From: a bacterium
GTDB taxonomy: Bacteria; Electryoneota; Electryoneia; Electryoneales; Electryoneaceae
Length of the DNA: 64,000 bases
Direction of reading: 5' to 3'
NCBI GenBank assembly: GCA_020444265.1
Contig: JAHLLH010000014.1
Coordinates: forward strand, 8,339 to 72,338
Numbering within the stretch: position 1 is the first letter of the stretch; every line of letters starts with the position of its first letter. Below, piece by piece: positions 57,933 through 64,000 of the stretch. The position numbers were made by a program, and so were the translations under genes. The notes beneath the pieces are model-generated. The model did no database searches. It saw nothing but the letters and a program-made list of their open reading frames with translations, and was not told the DNA's origin.

Positions 57933-58436
57933 TCAAGCCGACTTCTGCAACCCGCGAACCTCGTCCCATTCCTTCATGAATGCACCGAGATGCTTCATCA
58001 TCAGGCTATAAAATTGTTCCATCTCCTCGATGCGAGCGGTAAACGCAGCGAGGTCCTCCTCTTTACCGGGACGAACGATCTCGTCTTTCGTTGCACCATC
58101 AAGCCGTTTATGGAATCGTTTTGCGAGGGTGAGATTGCCCCGCAGCAAAGCGGCATGGTTCCCGAACGCATGACCGAATATGTCAGAATCGGCCTCGTAG
58201 AAATCCTTGCGGTTGCCCGGCTTGTTGTGACGGTGGACGAGGCGGTGGTCACGCAACCGTCCCATCACCTGGCTGACCGGGCCTTTGCTGACTCCCAGCT
58301 CGCTAGTGATGTCGTCCAGGCTGAGCGGTTTGCTGCTGGCCAGCAGCAGGCCAACCACGTGTCCCATCAGCTTGGGCAACCCGAACAGTTGGTAGGCCTC
58401 CCCAAATTCCTGTATCCAGTCCTGCCGCAGTGTCAT
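57933..58436 (-). CDS. GbsR/MarR-family transcriptional regulator
   Basis: Winged-HTH region LPKLMGHVVGLLLASSKPLSLDDITSELGVSKGPVSQVMGRL is GbsR-like. Confidence 0.6.
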   Translation of the reverse strand: MTLRQDWIQEFGEAYQLFGLPKLMGHVVGLLLASSKPLSLDDITSELGVSKGPVSQVMGRLRDHRLVHRHNKPGNRKDFYEADSDIFGHAFGNHAALLRGNLTLAKRFHKRLDGATKDEIVRPGKEEDLAAFTARIEEMEQFYSLMMKHLGAFMKEWDEVRGLQKSA

Positions 58437-58624
58437 CGCCCGCCCCTCGTATCGTTTGAAACATTTCAAATGTTGGAAAGTAGCAAAGAAAAGTCAAGCC
58501 CTTGAGGCACGATAGAGCATTGCTTCGCCTCCTGCTCCGAGACTGGCACTCGTCCTTTACCAGCCTGAACAGAACGAGGGACAGCACAAGCTGCCCCTCG
58601 TTTTTTTGTTCAGGTATCAATGAA

Positions 58625-59485
58625 TCACTTCACAAGTGTTACCCGTGTCGATCCCTGCCATCCGTCATCCGTCGCTAACCGGATGATGTATGTACCGGAT
58701 GAAACATCCGGACTCCAGCTCATCTGGAACACACCAGCTTCCGCAGTTCGAGGCGACAAGGAGGCAACCTCGCGCCCAAGCAAATCATGAACGGTCATGG
58801 AAACCGTTGCTGCAGTAGTGAGATTTACCTGTACGGTGGTCGAAGCATTGAACGGGTTCGGCCAAGCTGGTAGCATGGTGTGCATATTGGGTAAAAACGC
58901 TTCCTGAGGGACGGTCGATGTCAGCGCAGTGGCAGAAGCTTGCGTCAGGTAGATACGATCCCCGAATTCTGTCTCATCCCCGTCCGCAGCATTCCCGGCG
59001 AGGTAGAAGATGATCTCCCCGAGATCCTGCTCCGGGGCGGTCCATTCAAACGACCATTCCACCCCACCTGTACTTCCCGGCATTGTCCCAGCAGATGTAT
59101 GCTCGACAAAATCAGCGTTGTTCTCATTGGGGTTCGGGTTAAACCCGCGCAGCTTCTGGGTATTGACTTCATCGGTCACAGTCAATTCGCCGGCCTGCTC
59201 AATCTCGTCATACATCGAGGAAAACTGGAACCCCCATCGGCTGGCATCAGGATCTTCCAGCCCAATGGTGAGGGTATACGTCTCACCAGGCTGGTAGGTC
59301 TCAGGAACATTCCAGCTCAGGGATCCTGTGCCACTGTTTACCTCAAAGCTGTTGTGGCAGGCGGTGCAATTCCGCTGGATGGGGGGTGTGCCGTTGTTCC
59401 CTGTCCACGGACCATCAGAAAATGCAACGGATGTCGCAGTGAGGGTGAACAGCAGGATAGAGGTGAGAACTGTCTGTTTGATCAT
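58625..59485 (-). CDS. T9SS-sorted secreted protein carrying a single CxxCH motif (putative cell-surface monoheme c-type cytochrome / DOMON-like)
   Basis: Signal peptide. NCTACHN lies near the N-terminus. C-terminus WPNPFNASTTVQV...VHDLLGREVASL... is a T9SS type-A sorting domain. Confidence 0.6.
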   Translation of the reverse strand: MIKQTVLTSILLFTLTATSVAFSDGPWTGNNGTPPIQRNCTACHNSFEVNSGTGSLSWNVPETYQPGETYTLTIGLEDPDASRWGFQFSSMYDEIEQAGELTVTDEVNTQKLRGFNPNPNENNADFVEHTSAGTMPGSTGGVEWSFEWTAPEQDLGEIIFYLAGNAADGDETEFGDRIYLTQASATALTSTVPQEAFLPNMHTMLPAWPNPFNASTTVQVNLTTAATVSMTVHDLLGREVASLSPRTAEAGVFQMSWSPDVSSGTYIIRLATDDGWQGSTRVTLVK

Positions 59486-59598
59486 GGGGCCTCCAATGAT
59501 CGGAATATGCCCCGGCTCCAGCTGTATACTACTGTTTAGGGCCTCCTAACTCAAACGATTTATCAGATGGAGGTCACTATTAATCTCTGAAGGCTGGC

Positions 59599-60417
59599 TT
59601 AGTCACTCCTTTTTCGCATCAACAGAAACCCAGCGGCGACAAACAGCAGGATCATGCCGAAACTCTCGATGGTGGGCATCACACAGGCTTCGCCCGAGGG
59701 CAGTACCTGGATGGCATTTGAGGTCAGCAAACCGGTAAGCAGCACACCGCCCACGGTTTGCGCCACAACGACCGGCCAGATCGTCCCGGACCGTCTCCGC
59801 AGCTCACCAAAGACCAGCGAGAGGGCGATGGTGCCGAGCAGGAAACGGGGTACAAGGGTCAGCAGCGACTCGTTGGTATAGGGAGTGATGACCGCCAGGT
59901 AAGGCAGATGCCACAAACCCCAGACCGCCCCGGTTGTCAAGTGATTGGCAAGGGGGGTCCAACCGAGGCCCTCCAGCTTCGGTGTGAGGTAGCCACGAAA
60001 TCCGCTCTCTTCGAAGATATTCTGCACGAGTTGCGGCAGGATCGCGAGGGCACCCAACTTCAGCGCCAAGTCCCACGCGCCGTCCCCACCGGGGGTGATC
60101 ACCACCTTGAAGAGACCGCCGACCAGCAGCACCAGCAGAACCGCAAAGGGAAAAAGCAGCAGCCCGAAGAGGTACCAGATACCACTTCCACGCTTTACCG
60201 GTTTCCACCCGATGTCGCTCCACCCTTCCTTCCGAACCGCTCGCAACAGGAACGAAGCAATCATCGGTGCCAGCAGCCAGAGGAGCATTCCCGGTTGCTG
60301 ACCAGGAGCAGCGGAGAGGGAGGTATCCAGCAATCGTCCCAACCACCCGAGCAGAAGGACGAGGACGATGAAGAGGAAAACGGACAGCAACGAGGAACGT
60401 CGGTTCGAGTCGGTCAT
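59599..60417 (-). CDS. CPBP-family intramembrane glutamic endopeptidase (CAAX protease / Abi-like)
   Basis: EESGFRGY (EExxxR motif), FxxxH and WGLWHLP motifs within transmembrane helices. I take the start at MTDSNRR, because the longer listed ORF runs into repeat DNA. Confidence 0.7.
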   Translation of the reverse strand: MTDSNRRSSLLSVFLFIVLVLLLGWLGRLLDTSLSAAPGQQPGMLLWLLAPMIASFLLRAVRKEGWSDIGWKPVKRGSGIWYLFGLLLFPFAVLLVLLVGGLFKVVITPGGDGAWDLALKLGALAILPQLVQNIFEESGFRGYLTPKLEGLGWTPLANHLTTGAVWGLWHLPYLAVITPYTNESLLTLVPRFLLGTIALSLVFGELRRRSGTIWPVVVAQTVGGVLLTGLLTSNAIQVLPSGEACVMPTIESFGMILLFVAAGFLLMRKRSD

Positions 60418-60539
60418 GCAGAGGCCTCTAGCAGGTTTGAGGGGACGATCGGCTCGCGGGTAATGTATGTCATCTCGTGTGTTCCGGCGCTTGCATTGAG
60501 GGCTTCCCAGATCAAAAGGGGAGGCGCCACAATTTTCGC

Positions 60540-60735
60540 TCCACCCCATCCCACATGTCATCCCCAGCACGCAATCCGGCGTCAGCCGGATCGTGACCGA
60601 AGGGAACCTGCGGGCGTTGGGGATCCCCCGGGGCATCGCACCACCCCGACCATAGCTCACCCCAAAGGCTATCACCTGTTGAACTGGCAAAAGAAACCCG
60701 GCTTGCAAGCCAAGCCGGGGCACCCATAGGGTAGG
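60540..60735. repeat. family-E/C hairpin repeats (CATGTCATCCCCAGCACGCA..., GTGACCGAAGGGAACC..., AAACCCGGCTTGCAAGCCAAGCCGGGGCACC)
   Basis: Read directly. Copies occur elsewhere in the window. Confidence 0.4.
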
Positions 60736-60766
60736 ACATCACATGCCAAGCGGTACGCGATCAACC

Positions 60767-62428
60767 TTACACCCGGTGCTCGTCGCGAAGCAGATCGTTT
60801 ACCGTCTTAACCGGGGTGAACGTGTGGACCGGCACCTCGACAAAAACCGAGTTCCAGTGCGCCATCGCACCGTTCCAGAGCCCCGGCAGCTCGAGCGCTT
60901 TCAGGGGACGACCCTGGAAGGATTTGGACGAGATAAAGACCGTCTCCGGATCGCGATACTTCGACAGATCGAACTTTTTGCCCTTGTAGTCACGCAGCCC
61001 GCAAACAAGATCGACCGGGTTGAAGTGGGTCGCCGCTTCGAGAATGCTCTGCTGCTTCGGATCGTCCGTGTTGATCTGACTCGTTTCGACAATCTGACGT
61101 GTGGTCTCGCCGGAGGAATCGGTCACCCAGAAGGGCCCGCCACCCGGTTCACCCGTGTTCGGAACCATACCGCAGACGCGCAGGGGGCGATGGAGACGAT
61201 CCACCAGCCAGTCACGCTTTTTATCCAATTTCCAACGTTCCCAACCGGTCGGCATCTGTGCACCAAGGGTGTCCACGGTCCACTCGGCAATCTCGGTCAG
61301 CACTGCCCCGCTCGACTTCCCTTTTATAACTTCCTTCAGGTAGTCAAAAACCTGCTGCTGGATATGGACGAGGAAGCCTGCAAGCACCTTCTTCCGAAAG
61401 AGCTTGTTATCCGCAGCAGGCCGTGGTACAACGTTATCGATGTTCTTGATCAGGACGATATCCGCATCGAGCTCGTTCAGGTTGTCGAGCAGCGCACCAT
61501 GCCCGCCCGGACGGAATACCAGCTTACCCTCGTCGTCACGGAAAAGCTCATTCTCCGGGGTTACCGAAATGGTATCGGTGGAGGGTTTCTGGACAGAGTA
61601 GCCGAGCTCAACATCAAAATCATCTTCCTCGGCCACCTCGCCGATGAAGGTTTTCAGCGACACATCGATTTTTTCGCTGGTACCCGGCGGAACGGTAAAA
61701 TGGATGCGAACAATCCCATCAGCATCGCTGACCAGCTCGATCCCCTCCAGCACCTGCTCCTCGAAAGCAGTGTGAGCATGATCCCCATGAAGATGGAAAA
61801 GCACCATCCCCTTTGGCACACTGGCGAACCCGAGTCCCTTGTCAGTCAGCAGGTACTCGATGATGGTGTGAACTGCGCCCTCCGCAAGCAGCTCATCCAC
61901 ATCCAGATCATCGGCTTTCAGCCGTTTCACCAGTTCCGGGTAGAAGGCAAAACGGCTAAGGCTGCGGATGAATCGAAGGCCAAAGACAGCCGCTGCTTCA
62001 TTGGCATTGGCACGTTCCTCAAGCTTCCCCATCGTCAATCCGGGGTAGGTATTGTAGAGAGCGAGCAGGTCACGGAACATTCGGCTTGCTGCCCCGGACG
62101 CGGGGACAAATTTGCTGAACCGTCCTTTATCCGCTGCCTGGCTGAACGCCTGGATCATGGCCGGTTCCTGGTCTAGATGGAGACGGACGATACCATCTTC
62201 GATAACACATGGACGGATCAGGTTGACCGGTTGCGGGCCACGACGGAAGAGTTCGATCTGTCGCTTGATTTCTTTCTCATCCAGACCGTGGTCTTTGATC
62301 TGTTTGCGATCGGCTTTGCTGAACAACTCTCCTCCGGGTTGTACCCATCCAGGTTCGCTTCGCGGGATAGAAAAGTGGATCAAGCTACAACTTTTCCCCC
62401 TCTGCAACAAGCGATCAGGGACCTTCAT
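60767..62428 (-). CDS. DUF4301-family protein (start uncertain)
   Basis: FSKADRKQIKDHGLDEKEIKRQIELFRRGPQPVNLIRPCVIEDGI resembles the N-terminal block of DUF4301 proteins, as far as I recall it. Confidence 0.45.
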   Translation of the reverse strand: MKVPDRLLQRGKSCSLIHFSIPRSEPGWVQPGGELFSKADRKQIKDHGLDEKEIKRQIELFRRGPQPVNLIRPCVIEDGIVRLHLDQEPAMIQAFSQAADKGRFSKFVPASGAASRMFRDLLALYNTYPGLTMGKLEERANANEAAAVFGLRFIRSLSRFAFYPELVKRLKADDLDVDELLAEGAVHTIIEYLLTDKGLGFASVPKGMVLFHLHGDHAHTAFEEQVLEGIELVSDADGIVRIHFTVPPGTSEKIDVSLKTFIGEVAEEDDFDVELGYSVQKPSTDTISVTPENELFRDDEGKLVFRPGGHGALLDNLNELDADIVLIKNIDNVVPRPAADNKLFRKKVLAGFLVHIQQQVFDYLKEVIKGKSSGAVLTEIAEWTVDTLGAQMPTGWERWKLDKKRDWLVDRLHRPLRVCGMVPNTGEPGGGPFWVTDSSGETTRQIVETSQINTDDPKQQSILEAATHFNPVDLVCGLRDYKGKKFDLSKYRDPETVFISSKSFQGRPLKALELPGLWNGAMAHWNSVFVEVPVHTFTPVKTVNDLLRDEHRV

Positions 62429-62622
62429 GGCTGAAAACAGGGACCCACTGTCGAAAATCGTCTAACTCGTGCTCCAGGTGTCACTTTGCAAAGGTGACAG
62501 ACTTCCTTACCCTCTAGTGGATTGATTCACGATAGGATCATATCAGGTAAAACACACCACCCGTCGTGACCGGGAGCACCTCGACTCTGTGACCGGGCCC
62601 GAAGCTGCCAACCTTTTGTGAG

Positions 62623-63702
62623 ATGACGATGAATCCTTCTCCACCTTTCCGCTGCCAGGTGAAACTGCTGGCCATCCTGCTGGTCTGCATCCTTGCCCCT
62701 GCTTTGACTTGGGCAAATACGCCAAAAGGGTACGTTTGCACCAGGACTACATCCCCTGTTCAGATTGACGGTTCGCTGGATGAATTCGTCTGGCAGGAGG
62801 CGAGTTGGAGTGAACCTTTTGTCGACATACAGGGCGAGGGACTGCCGGAACCGAGGTTTAAGACGGTGGTCGCAATGACCTGGGATGACAGCTTTTTCTA
62901 TGTCGCGGCTCGAATGGAAGAACCCCACCTCTGGGCGACCTATAACCAACGGGACATGGTGATTTACCACGAGAACGATTTCGAGGTCTTCATCGACCCG
63001 GACGGGGACACGCATAACTATTACGAGCTCGAGGTGAACGCACTCAACACGGTCTGGGATTTGCTGTTGACCAAACCGTACCGTGATGGTGGCCACGCCA
63101 TCGACCATTGGGATATCGGCGGTCTGAAAACGGCTGTTCAACTCGATGGCACCCTTAACAATCCCACCGACACCGACACAGGCTGGACCGTCGAGATCGC
63201 TTTCCCGTGGGATGCTCTCTCCGAAGCGGCAGGCAAACCCACCCTTCCGCAGCCCGGAGACCAGTGGCATGTCAATTTTTCACGTGTCCAATGGCATATC
63301 GAGCCGGACGGTAAACAGGGGTACCGGAAGCAGATCAACCCGGAAACGGGTGAGTCCTACCCAGAGGACAATTGGGTCTGGTCCCCTCAGGGTGAAATTG
63401 CCATGCACATGCCGGAAAAGTGGGGAGTTGTCCAGTTTGCCGACTCGGTTCGAAACCGTCTCCACCCGCTCCCCTACGCAGAGGAACGCGATCTGCTGTG
63501 GACCATTTACAACCGTCAACAGGAACACCATGCAAAACATGGCGCCTATGCAGACCTCAACAAGATCCGCTATGGCCTGCTAACCCATTCTGCCGACCCA
63601 ACCATTACTCTTTATCCGGGTGGTTTTATAGCCTCGCTGAATGTGTACGGCGGCACCTTGACGATCCGTGAGGATGGCCTGATTCGAGTGGTGCGGGATT
63701 AG
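62623..63702 (+). CDS. secreted carbohydrate-binding family 9 (CBM9/DOMON-like) protein
   Basis: Signal peptide, then VQIDGSLDEFVWQEASWSEPFVDI...YYELEVNALNTVWD, a CBM9-like pattern. Confidence 0.5.
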   Translation: MTMNPSPPFRCQVKLLAILLVCILAPALTWANTPKGYVCTRTTSPVQIDGSLDEFVWQEASWSEPFVDIQGEGLPEPRFKTVVAMTWDDSFFYVAARMEEPHLWATYNQRDMVIYHENDFEVFIDPDGDTHNYYELEVNALNTVWDLLLTKPYRDGGHAIDHWDIGGLKTAVQLDGTLNNPTDTDTGWTVEIAFPWDALSEAAGKPTLPQPGDQWHVNFSRVQWHIEPDGKQGYRKQINPETGESYPEDNWVWSPQGEIAMHMPEKWGVVQFADSVRNRLHPLPYAEERDLLWTIYNRQQEHHAKHGAYADLNKIRYGLLTHSADPTITLYPGGFIASLNVYGGTLTIREDGLIRVVRD

Positions 63703-64000
63703 TAATATGCCGGATCAAATGTCAGACAGACTGTCACCCCGGACTTGATCCGGGGTCCAGCATCCACTCTGAAAGCAGTCTCTGCTGGTCAAATCCGAGG
63801 CCGAAATTACATGGCGGAGTGAGCCCCGAAGCACTGCGTGACGTGTCGCTGGGGGCCGAATGAGGAGCCTCGTTCAGGCGAAGGATGCTGGATCACGGGT
63901 CAAGTGTACAGACTCGGCACATAGGGAACAGGTGTATCGGAAGATAGGTAACACTCTTACACGTGCCATGCCACCCACATATCATCCCCAGCTCGCAACA
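63703..64000. repeat. intergenic hairpin repeats (CCCCGGACTTGATCCGGGGTCC; a family-E start ATCATCCCCAGCTCGCA at the window edge)
   Basis: Inverted repeats with copies at 44313-44345 and 46768 onwards. Confidence 0.35.

Noticed and set aside
59599-60723. Full 374-aa extent of the listed ORF for the CPBP protease
   Set aside because: The first ~100 codons run through family-E/C intergenic repeats (60540-60720). The hydrophobic protease body starts at the internal Met (60417).
60743-62176. 477-aa plus-strand ORF
   Set aside because: Antisense to the DUF4301-like gene. No recognisable motifs.

Overview
This is a 64 kb window of a high-GC (roughly 60%) bacterial chromosome. Two proteins carry T9SS-type C-terminal sorting domains, so it is probably from the Fibrobacteres-Chlorobi-Bacteroidetes (FCB) group, for example the Rhodothermaeota, Calditrichaeota or Ignavibacteria. 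Most of the window is ordinary: oadGAB (Na+-pumping oxaloacetate decarboxylase), the NADP malic enzyme maeB, an ArsR-SRPBCC regulator, an AlkD-like DNA repair protein, an HDOD protein, a DEAD-box helicase, an acyl-CoA ligase, an FtsX/MacB-like permease, and a lipid-type cluster (FabH-like, FabG-like, AMP-ligase, SSF transporter, outer-membrane proteins, hydrolase). The centre is an accessory island that starts at a tRNA-Ser(UGA) at about 16.4 kb. It holds two paralogous czcCBA-like heavy-metal efflux clusters (RND pump, membrane-fusion protein and TolC, each preceded by a small His/Cys-rich protein) in inverted orientation at 16.6-23.1 kb and 33.7-39.9 kb. Between them lies a minus-strand operon at 24.3-33.4 kb. 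It encodes a membrane-anchored 2x[4Fe-4S]-ferredoxin/FAD-NAD(P) oxidoreductase, three giant secreted multiheme c-type cytochromes with about 20, 37 and 19 CxxCH motifs, and a 540-aa outer-membrane beta-barrel. A ferric-reductase-like di-heme-b membrane protein follows it. This looks like a candidate, apparently novel, porin-cytochrome extracellular electron-transfer or metal-reduction conduit. Other notable items are a hicBA toxin-antitoxin pair whose hicA is frameshifted, an AAC(3)-I-like GNAT acetyltransferase pseudogene wrapped in nested inverted repeats, AT-rich (foreign-looking) patches at 1-360 and 7.8-8.5 kb, and several families of short hairpin repeats (REP-like) in almost every intergenic region. 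No CRISPR array, rRNA, integrase or transposase was seen.
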